From Octopus vulgaris (taxonomy: Eukaryota): a DNA stretch of 64,000 nt. Under the pieces are notes generated by a model. That model had not been told where the DNA came from. It made no database searches and saw only the letters and a list, made by a program, of their open reading frames with translations. A program made the position numbers and the translations under genes. Shown in pieces: positions 25,793-39,295 of this stretch; positions within the stretch are counted from its first letter, which is position 1, and every line of letters starts with the position of its first letter. The DNA lies in NCBI GenBank assembly GCA_951406725.2, contig OX597825.1, forward strand, positions 72,912,001 to 72,976,000, given 5' to 3'.

Positions 25793-26234
25793 GGATCTTT
25801 TCGGTTTGAACGGCAGTTTTTAACGTAATTTCTAGGTAACTAAAAAATTTTAAACATCATATACTGGTAGAATGTGTTTATAAAACATCTTTTTCTCTGG
25901 GCTTTATTGAGAAAATTTTATAGTTTGTAAGATATTTGTTGTTGTTTTTTTCTTCAATTTCTGCAATTTCAACCAATCACTGACGTCTATTGAGGTAAAA
26001 AAAAACATTCTGTGCTGTATGAATATGTCCCTCGTTTAAGAAACAGATTGGGTTTATTTACATTTCTGAAGAAAAAAAGATGCCCTTCCCCCACCCCTAA
26101 CCCTAACCCTAACCCTAACTAACACTAACGCTAAAACAGATTAAAATGCAATAGATCGATACTAGGGTCATAATTATGGGTGACAATTTCATATGACACC
26201 GCTAGAAAAACTGCTGTTCAAACCGAAAAGATCC
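25793..26234 (+). mobile_element. MITE with ~28-bp TIR, 8-bp TSD and internal (CCCTAA)n; Merlin-like
   Basis: ggatcttttcggtttgaacggcagtttt TIR; TSD cgccaacc/cgccgacc. Confidence 0.8.
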
Positions 26235-26411
26235 CGCCGACCTCCTACAAATAACTGTTAAATTTTTATGAAATCACCCCCAACTATTCGAGGACCTGAC
26301 ACCCAAGAGTGACTTGTAACTATCTGCTTGGGTAAGAAAAAAAATGGATGGGTAAAATTGAAACTCAGCACTTTAAATTCCTATTCTCTGGTCTTGTCTC
26401 GAAAATACTTT

Positions 26412-26787
26412 GGAGTGGCTGTGTGGTAAGTAGCTTGCTTACCAACCACATGGTTCCGGATTCATTCCCACTGCGTGGCACCTTGGGCAAGTGTCTTCTA
26501 CTATAGCCTCGGGTCGGCCAAAGCCTTGAGTGGATTTGGTAGACGGAAACTAAAAGAAACCCGTCGTATATATATGTGTGTGTGTGTGTGTCTGTGTTTG
26601 TTCCCCCAACATCGCTTGACAACTGATGCTGGTGTGTTTACGTCTCCATAACATAGCGGTTCGGCAAAAAAGACCGATAGAATAAGTACTAGGCTTCCAA
26701 AGAATAAGTCCTGTGTCGATTTGCTCGACTAAAAGGCGGTGCTCCAGCATAGCCGCAGTCAAATGACTGAAACAAGTAAAAGAGTAA
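26412..26787 (+). mobile_element. SINE family A
   Basis: Homology to 8528-8950. Confidence 0.9.
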
Positions 26788-27029
26788 CCTTCCCAAATTA
26801 TTTCCAGCAGCTCTGCCTACTGTCTTAAAAGAGGAAGGCCATATTGAGGAATGTATCAGCTACATGTGTTTAAAATAAAGACAGGGATGGTCATGAATAG
26901 AACGTTTCTGTTCATAAATTCTGCTGGATTGCAATTGGACTAGGCCTTAACAACAGCAATAACAACAACAGTACCAGCCACAACAACAGCAATAGCAGCA
27001 GCAACAACACTTCATTGGTTACAATAATA

Positions 27030-27325
27030 TGGGTTCCAACTCATTCGATCAACGAAACAATCTGCTCGTGAAATTAACATACAAGTGGCTGAGCACTCCA
27101 CAGACACATGTACCCTTAACGTACCCCTCAGGGAAGTTCAGCGCAACACAAAATGTGACAAGGCTAATTCCTTTGAATTACAGGCACTATTTATTTTTGC
27201 CAGCTGAGTGGACTGGAGTAACGTGAAATAAAGTGTCTTGCTCAAGGACACAGCGCGCTCCCGAGTATCGATCTCACGACCTTACGATCGTGAGCCGAAT
27301 ACCCTAACCACTAAGCCACGTACCT
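27030..27325 (-). mobile_element. SINE family E; related pieces 8372-9055 and 13465-14240
   Basis: Minus-strand head gtggcttagtggttagggtattcggctcacgatcg; shared body. Confidence 0.75.
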
Positions 27326-27877
27326 TCATTTTCAACAATGACAGCAACTACAACAATAGCCACAACAGCAGCAGAAGTGGAGGCGCAATGGGCCAGTGGT
27401 TAGGGCAGCAGACTTGCGGTCGGAGGATTCCCAGACCGGGCGTTGTGTATGTTTATTGAGCGAAAACACCTAAAGCTCCATGAGGCTCCGGCAGCGGGGG
27501 TGGCGACCCCTGTTGTACTCTTTCGCTCCAACGTTCTCTCACTCTTTCTTCCTGTTTCTTGTCCCCGACTTCCTATGCAACCACTGAGCCTGGATGCGCA
27601 CTCACCCATCCGTCGATGCTCTCGGTGATGGGGGTTGACCTGCTTTCTCTTCTGCGGGTTTTATGAATAGCAAAGGACCATGTTTCGGACTTCTCCCACT
27701 ATAGGGACGAAGACCGTTCGCTCAATAGCAACAGCAACCGCTTGCTCAACAGCAGCAGAAGCAATAATTACAGCAAGTTACAAATTTCAGCTGGTTCAAC
27801 ATGAATTTTCTGGAACCTTTTGTTCCAAAGCCTTTTCTGATTATCGAATTTTCAAGATAAGTGAACATACTCTAAAT

Positions 27878-28406
27878 CAAGGGCGGTGGAAACCCTCGCC
27901 CGCGGACGCAATTGCGCCTGTGAGCCCATTTTATTGCGCCCTCAGGCTGGTATACTCGTATGTACAAAATATAATAAATTTTTCAATCATAAAATTTCTA
28001 CAATATTCATATGTCTATTTGCGACATAAGTCGCGTTTCCCCTATGACTTAAAACAGTTAGACTCAAACAGAAATCATCCGGTAATTGCTATTTGAATGG
28101 AAATTTTGTTTTCACTATAAAGCACAAACCGCTAGGTTTATACCACCCCGTTGAGACCCAACTACGTTCTAACTGAAAAATATAGTATACCTCATAAGTA
28201 ATATAAACGTCCTAAATTCAGTGGCGTTAATGAAGATGTTACGCGTTAATTTAATGTGTTAATCTTATCTTTATTAATGTATATCGAATTACACATAAAT
28301 ATATACACAATTTACACAAATATAAGAGTTAGAACTTGTGATCCGTCCGTGGATCTTTTTCTTTGGAAATTTTTGCCCGCCGCACTAAAAAGTTTCCCTA
28401 CCCTTG
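27878..28406 (+). mobile_element. hAT MITE
   Basis: caaggg...cccttg termini; TSD ctctaaat/ctctaagt; second copy at 61474-62076. Confidence 0.8.
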
Positions 28407-28749
28407 CTCTAAGTTTAACAAATATTAAATTTACTTACATAATTAAATGAAATTCGGCATACATACACAAGTGTGCCTCCCACCCACTTAATTTTTCATA
28501 ACTCTCGGAAAAATAAATATTTGTAACGGTGAAAATTAATTTTATAATGGTTGAGATTGATTTGTAAATTAGTACAGATTAGAAGAAGCTCCAGTCCATA
28601 AGTCTCCGGAAAGTCAGTGTTATATCATTACCATACGTCTAATAAGCTGAACTGCCAACTTTTGTTATTCCAAATTGAAAGAGACGGCTGTAACAACGCT
28701 TTGAACAGGACCCTGCTAAACACTTTGTTACAGATAAGTAACTTGCAGA

Positions 28750-29891
28750 ATGCAGCCGGGACCTGCAGACAGTTTGTGCTAAACTGAGCAAAAACGCTAC
28801 AGAATGTTATGAAATGCTTCAGACTGTATACGAATTATTTTGTATTGCTGGTATAAAAGGTTCAAGAACGGTAGAAAGTAGATGAGAGATGATGAGAAGT
28901 GTGATAGAGAGAGGGACGTCAAAACATCAGACCTGGTTGAGACTACCGTCTGTCTGTAAAGACGTTAAGCATACAGCTCGGAGTTGGTGTGATAACTGTG
29001 CACAGAATTATTCATGAAGACCTGAATATTTGTTCCCAGGGTGCTCAGTGATGAGCAAAAGGAAAGACACGTTGGTATCAGCAAGGTGATGGTTGAGCTC
29101 ATGATCTTCGATCCTAGAGTACTTGAGTCTCTGGTGACCCGTGACGAAAGCTGGGTCTACTGTTATGATCCAGAGACCAAGAGACAGAAAGATCGAGGGA
29201 AGCATCCTTACTCCCTCAGACCCAAGAAAACCAGGCAAAGCAAGTCTACTGCGAAGCTCATGGCGATGCCCTTTTTCGCCAGCAAGCACATCATCTTGAC
29301 TAGCGTTTTTCAAACTGTGGGTCCTGACCCTTCAGTGGGTCGCGAGATAAATAAAATGGGTCGCAACAAAAGAAGTTTGAAAAAAACGCTCATCTAGACC
29401 CACTGTTGTCCCTATGGCCAGACGGTCAACAAAGAGTACTTTGTGGAGGTGCTGAGGCAGTTCAGGAAAAGATTTCATTGCAAAAGGCCAGAACTCCTCT
29501 ACTCGGGTAGATGGCACCGACCAGGACAATGCACCAGTCCACAATTCCATTCTTCTACTTGACAGAGATGGCAATCAAAATTGACTCTTACCCTCTTTAC
29601 TGTCTATACTCTTCCCCCTGTAACTTTTGGTTGTTCGCCAAACTGAAGAAGAACCTCAGGAGTGGCCGTTTTGAAAACATTAAAAAAAAAATGAAGGAGG
29701 CTGTGACATGGATCTTGGACATCTTCACTTTGGAGAACATCCGCGGGGTCTCCATGAAGTGACCGGAGCGCTACAAGAGCATTGAAGTTAAAGGATCCTA
29801 CTTCGAATGGGATTAGAGAACTCCGTACCTCTTTGAAATAAACCAGTGTCTCTCCTGAAAAAGTTTCAAAACCTCTGGAAAGTACCTCGTA
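28750..29891 (+). pseudogene. Decayed mariner (DD34D-type) transposase and right end
   Basis: TRDESWVYCYDPETKRQ, QDNAPVH and SPCNFWLFAKLKKNLRSGRFE in different frames; end cctcg-TA. Confidence 0.85.
29301..29391. mobile_element. 91-bp hAT-type MITE inserted in the mariner pseudogene
   Basis: TIR agcgtttttcaaact / agtttgaaaaaaacgct; 8-bp TSD atcttgac/atctagac. Confidence 0.75.
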
Positions 29892-30044
29892 TATTCATAA
29901 CAGTTTCACTCAACTCCACTCTTCTGATTTCTGATGAGATGCCCGCACCCATACGGAGCCGTGTCAAATTGCTATTCAAAAATATATGTAACTAGTAGGG
30001 ATACCCGGCGTTGCTCGGGGTTAAAACGACATAGTTTGTATAAA

Positions 30045-30248
30045 ATGTGACCTCGTGTGTACCGTTGGCGATTTTTTTCCTCTGTCTTCCCTTCTCTGGA
30101 TCTTTCCTTCTCCTATGTTTCTGACAAAGTGCTCCGCTCAAAACGTTAAACCTTCCTTCTTTCCTTCTTTCCTGAGCGTCCAATAATACTATATTTGTTC
30201 CACGTCCTCGCGTTGTTGTGTTTTTTTTGTGCTTTCTTGTTTGGATTA

Positions 30249-30252
<4 letters not shown>
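30045..30252 (+). mobile_element. Same ~200-bp family, decayed HHR 30117-30151, nested in the Helitron
   Basis: Homologous to 43045-43250; followed by (TA)n. Confidence 0.75.
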
Positions 30253-30309
<57 letters not shown>

Positions 30310-30574
30310 CAGTTATGTTGAAACAGGTGATATAGGAAAGTGCAGCAATGATGACAAAGCATTTGTGGAATAAATTTTAAAATTTTGCATAAACGACAAT
30401 TTGAGAGAATTATCATTTTTATAAGAATGGGAGGGATCATATCTGAAAGCAGCTCTATGTTTTGTGAAGAACAAATTTGTACGTGGTCTGCTTCTGAGAG
30501 GTATTCTGTTGGATATCTTTGTAATCTGGTGTGCTAAACGTTGTTTTAATGATTCAGCATGAAGTGTTACAGAA

Positions 30575-31060
30575 TGCCTTTGCTGATCTTGAGAAAGTCC
30601 CATCTCCCTTCTGTCTTGGGACTCTATCAGACGTGCTGCAGCCTGCCTTTGATGATCTTGAGAAAGCCTCATCTCCCTTCTCTCTTAAGACTCCATCTGG
30701 TGTGCTGCAGCCTGCCTTTGCTGATCTTGAGGAAGTATCATCCCCCTTCTGTCTTGGGACTCCATCAGATGTGCTGCAGCATGCTTTTGCTGATCTTGAG
30801 AAAGCCACATCTCCCTTCTCTCTTAAGACTCCATCTGGTGTGCTGCAGCCTGCCTTTGCTGATTTTGAGGAAGTCTCATCCCCCTTCTGTCTTGGGACTC
30901 TATCATACGTGCTGCAGCATGCTTTTGCTGATGTCGAGAAAGTCTCCTCTCCCTTCTCTCTTGAGACTGTATTTGATGTGCTGCAGTATGTGTTTGGTGA
31001 TCTTTGGGAAGTGTCATCTCCCTTCTGTATTGAAACTCCATCTGACGTGCTGAGAAAGTT
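30575..31060 (-). repeat. 69-bp (23-codon) tandem repeat, ~7 units, alternating subtypes; Helitron N-terminal protein repeat remnant
   Basis: catctcccttct-like motif at 30601, 30670, 30739, 30808, 30877, 30946 and 31015. Confidence 0.85.
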
Positions 31061-32857
31061 TCATGTCCATTATCCCTTGAGACTCTCGCCTTCGGTTTTC
31101 TGCACTCCTCCTTGCTTTATAGGTGTTTCTGGAGAGATTACGCTTCTTCTTTGTTGTCATTTTTTTTTTCAATATTTTAAACAAAAAATTATGAACATAG
31201 AAAAAATATACATTAATCTCTATTTTTGTAAGCAGTTGTAATTATGCATGTAGTGTGTCTCTATTTTTGTATGTAGTGTAAATTAACCAAATATAAGCAA
31301 ATTGTAAATACCTTGCAACTGTTGCGATAATTATGAATTGTCAATTGAACGGTAGATGTACATTTTTATATAACTTGGACCTTCCACGCAATTTTCTCTT
31401 TTTTTTTTGTCGAGAGTTCACCTTCAACTATTCTCCTCACATATGTATATGTATGTGTAGATGTATGCGTGTGTTTAATAACGTACGTAACATACGTAAC
31501 ATTCACATGTAACTCATCACATGTGTATATCTATGTGCAGATGAGTGTGTATGTTTAATAACATACCTAACGCGAAAACACAGTCAGAGAGACATACACA
31601 CTCATACACACACATGCACCCAGAGACAACAACACACTCATATATGTGACCGTCGTCACCGTCGTCGTGGTATAAAATATCCTTTACTATCTCGTACATA
31701 TCGAACGCACAAACACACACACAAAACCGAAAGAATAAAAGTGAAACAATATCACATCACACAAAAAGTCAATTTGTAGACAGAAATTACCAACCCCATT
31801 TCAGCGCATAAAGCTGTAGAAAAAATAGCTTGAGTGAAAAAACTTGAGTCACTTTAGAATATCTTTTTCTAACGCATGAACGCTCAGTGGCGTGGTTGAA
31901 TTCTCATTGGTTAGTAATGAAGGCTTATCGGCTGTATCACAGCGGTTTTCGATAGGAGAAATATAAATAGTGCATTTAGATAGACGGAGTGCAAAAGTTT
32001 TAAAATAAGTAAAGTAATATTGTAGGGAGAACGTACAAATAGCGTGAAGACAAAGATATTTACGCACGACAAAATTGAAATCATTGAAGTCAAATTTCAG
32101 AGAGAAAGAGAGAGAAAAACAGAAATAGACTTAAAGAGAGGAAGTATTACAGAGGGTAAAAGTGAGAAAAAGAAAGAGAAGAGATAAATAAACAGAGAAA
32201 GAAAAAGGAGAGACTCGCTTGGGAACTGCAGAGGTCAAAGGGAGAGAATCGGTTGAAAACTTCAGTTTTTAGAGAAAAACCTATATGAAACACCATTTTC
32301 CTCGGTCGGTTTCTCGCATTACGCGGGAGTTCTGGGCAAAATGTTATGGCGCATGGCCATCCTTGGCACATAAGTAATATGTGTATAAAGTTTGGTGAAA
32401 ATCGGTTGAAAACTGTAGAAATGCATATGCACAACAGACAGAGACATACACACATATCTTTTTGTTTTATATATAGAGATTCCTGTCAAATATGCTGAGT
32501 AGCACTTCCTTTTGATTACTCCTGTACATATGCGCGCACGCATGTACACATATCTTTATAGTTTATAGTATTTTTTATAGAATTCTGAGCCATCACTGCA
32601 AGTTACGACGTTTCGTATACGAGCACGTCTATGTAAACAATGCGATTCGAAGATAGAAATACACACACACACATATTTCCTAACCACGTGGTGTCAACCT
32701 CAATCCCATTGCATGAAGAAGCCCGTCGAAAATAAATGCGTGTGTGTATGTTTGTGTCTTTTCTCCCGCCGCTTAATAACCAGTATTGGTTTATTTACGA
32801 CCCCATAACTTAGCATTTTGGCAAGAAAGACTAATAATATAAATACCAATTCAGAGG

Positions 32858-33195
32858 GCTATGTGAGGCTGTTAGAGATTGTGGTCAACTCCTGGCTGGA
32901 GAGGATTGCTGATGAATGGCCATACATGAGGCAGTAGCATTCGACTCCTTTTTCAACCCCCGGAAAGAGTAAGGAGTGGATTTCATCAGAGCCAATTTCA
33001 GACCTCCTAATTTCCCCGATTTTAATCCCATTGATTACCATGAGTGGAGCACAGTCAAGAAAGACACCAACTCTTCTGCCTGCAACAGCAAGGTTGAGCT
33101 GGCGGCCAAGATCAAGCAAGTGTTCGAAGATCTCAGGGACACAGCCAGGAACAAACGCATACACCAGGTTCTGGATCCGTTTTCAGGCCGTGGTG
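32858..33195 (+). pseudogene. Decayed maT-like (DD37D) transposase C-terminus
   Basis: RPPNFPDFNPIDYHEWSTVKKDTN resembles WPPNSPDLNPLDY. Confidence 0.7.
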
Positions 33196-33399
33196 ACAGA
33201 CAGACAATCAGACAGAGAAGTTTGGTAGCGGAGCGCCTGTCATTACTAAGACGTTAAGTGTTATTCGTCATCAACTGACATTAACAATTTGGCAGGAAGA
33301 TTTTATACACACACATATATACATGTATACATACATATATGTGTGTATACATGTATATATATATACATACATACATACATACATACATACATACATACA

Positions 33400-33433
<34 letters not shown>

Positions 33434-33470
33434 CATACATACATATACATACATACATATACATATACAT

Positions 33471-33538
<68 letters not shown>

Positions 33539-34430
33539 CATATATACACACATTCTAAACGAAACTGTCCGACGAAGTGGAACATGAAAATGAGCAAGTT
33601 TTTGTGATATTTTTGCTGTTTCTTAATAAAGTATATATATATACACATATATATAAATATACATATACATCTATCATATTCATGTATATATGAATATATG
33701 AATATATATATATATATACATACATACATCCATACATATTCATTTTATATACATATATAAATATATATACATATATATATAAATATATATACATATATAT
33801 ATAAATATATATACATATATATATATATATATACATAACACCATTGTTGTCAATTAACTGGTCGGCCATACTGTATGTCTGAAAATATCGTTATAGATAC
33901 TTAGTAAAGATATACAGGAACATAGATACATTGTATTCTTTATTTACTTCTCCTAGCACGAACTGTGACCATATAATATGGATGGACTTTAGTTACTGCA
34001 GCATAACCAATTATCTTAACTCTTCTTCTTTCCCATCATCTTTACACATTTACACCACCCCCCTACACACACACACTTTATTATTTGTTTCTTAGAAAAT
34101 GATAATCAAGTCTGCATCATTCATGCTTGGGTAACGTTTTTTTTTTTTTTCGAGAAGCGGGCTGCATGAGGCATTGCTCATCATCTGTCGGGCCGCACTA
34201 CTAAAAAAAAATTACAGGTAACTTTTCGTTAGATAAGATATTCGGAAAATTCCTCGGACCGCAGATTTGTCCGTAACTCACATACACATGTATTGAATTC
34301 TGTTTCTCCTGTTACACACACACTTACGCACGCACGCATGCATACGAACTTGATTTTATTTGAAATATTAAGGCAATATGCAAACTAAACAAAGCAGTTA
34401 AAATTACTTTTTATTTGTAAACAATGTTTC

Positions 34431-34843
34431 CAATCTTTTCGGTTTGAACGGCAGTTTTTAACATAATTTCTAGGTAACTAAAAAATTTTAAACTTCGTAT
34501 ACTGGTTGAATGTGTTTATAAAACATCTTTTTCTCTTGGCTTTATTGAGAAAATTCTATAATTTGTAAGATATTTGTTGTTGTTTTTTTTCTTCAATTTC
34601 TGCAATTTCAACCAATCACTGACGTCTATTGAGGTAAAAAAACATTCTGTGCCGTATGAATATGTCCCTCGTTTAATAAACAGATTATTTACATTTGTGA
34701 AGAAAAAAGATACCCTTCCCCCACCCCTAACCCTAACCCTAAAAGAGATTGAAATGCAATAGATTGATTCTAGGGTCATAATTATGGGTGACAATTTCAT
34801 ATGACACCGCTAGAAAAAACTGCCGTTCAAACCGAAAAGATCC
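34431..34843 (+). mobile_element. Second copy of the same MITE
   Basis: High identity to 25793-26234; left terminus slightly decayed. Confidence 0.8.
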
Positions 34844-35339
34844 CAATGCTTTCGCCTATAAAAACTCAATATTTCAGATTGTGTATACACGCAGTCTTTT
34901 ACAGAGGTAGTGTTGACTGTGACATCGCAGTTTCGGCCTGCTAGCCTTCAACGAACTGATACATTCAAGTTCATCTTCGCTTTGTATAGTCGTTGGTAAG
35001 TTTATTTATTCTAGTATAGGTAGCGCTCTGTAGAATGATAATTAAATTGAACTGTAGGGTAAGTTCTGATGGAAAGATATCACAAAGGTTTTTATTGATG
35101 GAAGGTAGAGTTGTGTTATTGTTCAGAGTTCAGTCGTGCGTATAAAACTTTGTAATCGCACATGTCTGTTTAGGTGTGTCAGCTTCAGGTCTAGGAGTTG
35201 TTGTTTTTTTTAAGTTCACAAAGGAATGTAAGTAGGTAAATGTCTGTATATATATATATATATATATAGATATAGAGAGAGAGAGAGAGAGAGGGTTGCA
35301 TATAAGTATCATGGATAGTCTGTTCCGGTTGAGAACTAG

Positions 35340-36095
35340 CATGGATAATTTCCAGATATCCTTGGCCTGACAGTGCTACTGGAGGGCGTTACCGGTTCGA
35401 GATAAATTCTATAGGCACGGATGTTCTGTCAGACGGGCTTGTCCGAGGTGCGTGCAGAGGGATGAAACCGTTCTGCACGCCCCTGTTCAATGTCCAGGCA
35501 TTGGTGATTTGTGAGGTTATGTCGAACAGCTGCTGTCACGTGAAGGACGGATCCATCTATCGGCTGAATTTGTAGTGATGATCGCACCATCGCCCTCCTT
35601 CAATCGGACAGGCAAGGCAGTTTACCTTTGCCTGGTGGCTGTGGCAAAAGAGGTTGTTTGGTGAACAAGGTTGAAAAGCATGAGGACAGATACATTTCTC
35701 TTTGGTACAGCTCTCATTGATTCTTCAAGTGTCACTTGAAAAGGAAATTGAGAATGGAGAGTGAAGTGCTGTCCTCGAGTAAGTTTATTGAAAGGTGAGT
35801 AAAAGTTGCTAAAATGGCAAGAGAATGGTACCTCTGTAAGCATAGACCTGTGAGTCAGAAAGAAGGAATTGGAGAGGGCACTTGCTCCTAGGGTTTCAGG
35901 GAAATCTCGGACAGTGGGGTTCCCCGATTTTCCAAAGAGGCCCTACAGTATCAGGAGGGCCACACCTTTATTATCCTCCCTGCCACTTTTTATAAAAAAA
36001 CTTTTGTATGTTATGCATATATCCCTTCTTTTTCGGTGTATACCGTGTATACTTTCTTTCTTTCTTTCTTTTTTTAATCATTTCATTATATGTAA
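35340..36095 (+). pseudogene. 5'-truncated L1/Tx1-clade LINE: ORF2 C-terminal zinc knuckle and 3' UTR
   Basis: Manual translation ALPVRDKFYRHG...CPRC...ETVLHAPVQCP...AVAKEVVW with in-frame stops. Confidence 0.8.
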
Positions 36096-36273
36096 ACCCC
36101 ACACACACACACACACTTTATGTCTGTCTTTATATTGTCTTCCTCGTCCTTGTGGCAAATAAATGAAGTCATTAATATCATCATCATCATCATCATCATC
36201 ATCGTCATCATCATCATCATCATCATCATCATTATCGTTATTATTATTATTGCTATTATTATTATTATCATCA

Positions 36274-36307
<34 letters not shown>

Positions 36308-36393
36308 GTTTTTTCCTTCTTTCTTCAAATTTTCTTCCGTTTCTCGCCGAGTGTTTTCCATTATTATTATTGTTGTTGTTATTATTATTGTTG

Positions 36394-36463
<70 letters not shown>

Positions 36464-36523
36464 TATTATTATTGTTATTTTTACTATTATTTATCATCAT
36501 CATCATCATTATTATCATCATCA

Positions 36524-36581
<58 letters not shown>

Positions 36582-37633
36582 TGTCGAACGTGTTTGGCCG
36601 GGTGACCTTTCCTGACCCCTATTATTAAACTCGGAATTTAGTCGTGCGAAAGGACTTAAAATTGTTTTATTCATCTTCTTTTTAAAAAAAAAAAAAAAAA
36701 ACTGTACCAAAGTTAATTTTATCAGCACGGCCGTCACCACCACCAAAACCACCACTGTAACCATCACAACCACCACCACCACCACCACCACCACCACCAC
36801 CACGATCGTCATTTCCCACCACCACCAGAAGTAAATTTTTTTAATATACTCCTTTTGTAGTGAATTCAGTTCTGACACGAATATTTTCACCTTTTTTAAA
36901 ATTTCCTTTCCCAATTGGCCGACATATTTATTGCATCACTTCAATATTTCTTCGTCCAAAGTCTGCTAGCAAGCAGAATCGGTAGCATGCTGGGCCAAAT
37001 GCTTAGTAGCAGCATTTCGTCAGTCTTCGACGTCGACTTTGCCTTTCGTCATTTCAAAGTCGATAAAATAAGTACCAGTTGAGTATTGGGGATCGATGTA
37101 ATCGACTTATGCCCTCTCCCAAAATTTCTGTCGTTACGCTTTTTTTACTCTTATACTCTTCTACTTGTTTTCAATCATTTGACTGCGGCCATGCTGGAGC
37201 GCCGCCTTTAGTCGTACAAATCGACCCCAGGACTTATTCTTTGCAAGCCTAGTACTTATTGTATCAGTTTTTTTGCCGATTGTCAAGCGATGGGGGGGGG
37301 ACAAAACACACACACACACAAATACGTGTATATGTGTATATATATATATAATTAATTAATAAGGGTGAGAGAATTAGATACTAATTTAATAGTATATTTA
37401 TTCCACACCAAGTGGCCTAGTGCTACGAGAAACCTGGATTATTATAATATTTCATAACATATTATAATATTTTTACAAAATAAATATAAGAGAGTGGTCA
37501 CTATATTGCTCACTCTAGCACCAGTTAATCCAAAAGGTTTCAACCACGAAAATACATGTTTCCCATGAAAGCCAGTACGACTGTTAGCTCACACGGACAG
37601 GGCAAATAAAAAATAACAAAAATACAGATTATT

Positions 37634-37709
37634 TTGGGACAATTGTTTCGCTATTAATGAATTAAATGTAATATTACTTACAAAAATCCATTTGTAGCTC
37701 GTCAGCCAA
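37634..37709 (-). ncRNA. Type I hammerhead ribozyme, array unit 1
   Basis: ttgg CTGACGA gcta..41 nt..tagc GAAA caattg TC ccaa: canonical core, GUC site, palindromic stem III. Confidence 0.88.
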
Positions 37710-38166
37710 GACTATCTGGATGAAATCCACTCAATCACACGCCAGATTTTACCATAACGATAAATATGCGTGTGGTTCAATTGATTACATCCGACGTTAT
37801 AATTCAAATGCCCCAACCAACAGCGCGCCAAACTCTCACGGAAAACAAATACAGCATTTAGAAATAAATGCAGCATAATTATAATTAATTAATAAGGGTG
37901 AGAGAATTAGATACTAATTTAATAGTATATTTATTCCACACCAAGTGGCCTAGTGCTACGAGAAACCTGGATTATTATAATATTTCATAACATATTATAA
38001 TATTTTTACAAAATAAATATAAGAGAGTGGTCACTATATTGCTCACTCTAGCACCAGTTAATCCAAAAGGTTTCAACCACGAAAATACATGTTTCCCATG
38101 AAAGCCAGTACGACTGTTAGCTCACACGGACAGGGCAAATAAAAAATAACAAAAAAACAGATTATT

Positions 38167-38242
38167 TTGGGACAATTGTTTCGCTATTAATGAATTAAAT
38201 GTAATATTACTTACAAAAATCCATTTGTAGCTCGTCAGCCAA
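38167..38242 (-). ncRNA. Type I hammerhead ribozyme, array unit 2
   Basis: Same motif, +533 nt. Confidence 0.88.
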
Positions 38243-38699
38243 GACTATCTGGATGAAATCCACTCAATCACACGCCAGATTTTACCATAACGATAAATAT
38301 GCGTGTGGTTCAATTGATTACATCCGACGTTATAATTCAAATGCCCCAACCAACAGCGCGCCAAACTCTCACGGAAAACAAATACAGCATTTAGAAATAA
38401 ATGCAGCATAATTATAATTAATTAATAAGGGTGAGAGAATTAGATACTAATTTAATAGTATATTTATTCCACACCAAGTGGCCTAGTGCTACGAGAAACC
38501 TGGATTATTATAATATTTCATAACATATTATAATATTTTTACAAAATAAATATAAGAGAGTGGTCACTATATTGCTCACTCTAGCACCAGTTAATCCAAA
38601 AGGTTTCAACCACGAAAATACATGTTTCCCATGAAAGCCAGTACGACTGTTAGCTCACACGGACAGGGCAAATAAAAAATAACAAAAATACAGATTATT

Positions 38700-38775
38700 T
38701 TGGGACAATTGTTTCGCTATTAATGAATTAAATGTAATATTACTTACAAAAATCCATTTGTAGCTCGTCAGCCAA
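38700..38775 (-). ncRNA. Type I hammerhead ribozyme, array unit 3
   Basis: Same motif, +1066 nt; ends at the inversion junction. Confidence 0.88.
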
Positions 38776-39068
38776 TATTATAATATGTTATGAAATATTA
38801 TAATAATCCAGGTTTCTCGTAGCACTAGGCCACTTGGTGTGGAATAAATATACTATTAAATTAGTATCTAATTCTCTCACCCTTATTAATTAATTATAAT
38901 TATGCTGCATTTATTTCTAAATGCTGTATTTGTTTTCCGTGAGAGTTTGGCGCGCTGTTGGTTGGGGCATTTGAATTATAACGTCGGATGTAATCAATTG
39001 AACCACACGCATATTTATCGTTATGGTAAAATCTGGCGTGTGATTGAGTGGATTTCATCCAGATAGTC

Positions 39069-39144
39069 TTGGCTGACGAGCTACAAATGGATTTTTGTAA
39101 GTAATATTACATTTAATTCATTAATAGCGAAACAATTGTCCCAA
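39069..39144 (+). ncRNA. Type I hammerhead ribozyme in the inverted unit
   Basis: ttggCTGACGAgcta...tagcGAAAcaattgTCccaa read directly on the + strand. Confidence 0.88.
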
Positions 39145-39295
39145 AATAATCTGTATTTTTGTTATTTTTTATTTGCCCTGTCCGTGTGAGCTAACAGTCG
39201 TACTGGCTTTCATGGGAAACATGTATTTTCGTGGTTGAAACCTTTTGGATTAACTGGTGCTAGAGTGAGCAATATAGTGACCACTCTCTTATATT

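Larger units (their letters stand above)
29992..32479 (-). mobile_element. Non-autonomous, internally deleted Helitron
   Basis: Minus strand begins TC(tctatatataaaa), ends with hairpin cccgagcaacgccggg then CTAG, and is inserted between A and T. Remnant RepHel N-terminus (MTTKKKRNLSR, RLSQDQQR repeats, AAFRYDP). Confidence 0.85.

Noticed and set aside
26095-26130. True telomere or chromosome-fusion relic (also 46828-46890)
   Set aside because: Only a few units, located inside dispersed repeats.
30531-31241. 236-aa plus-strand repeat protein
   Set aside because: Antisense reading of Helitron 69-bp repeats; the meaningful motifs are on the minus strand.
32595-32660. Further possible hammerheads (cgaaacgtc here; also 29920-29975, 34928-34960, 53563-53595, 56150-56205, 58192-58210)
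   Set aside because: Only half the core or no credible stems; probably decayed relatives but not supportable.
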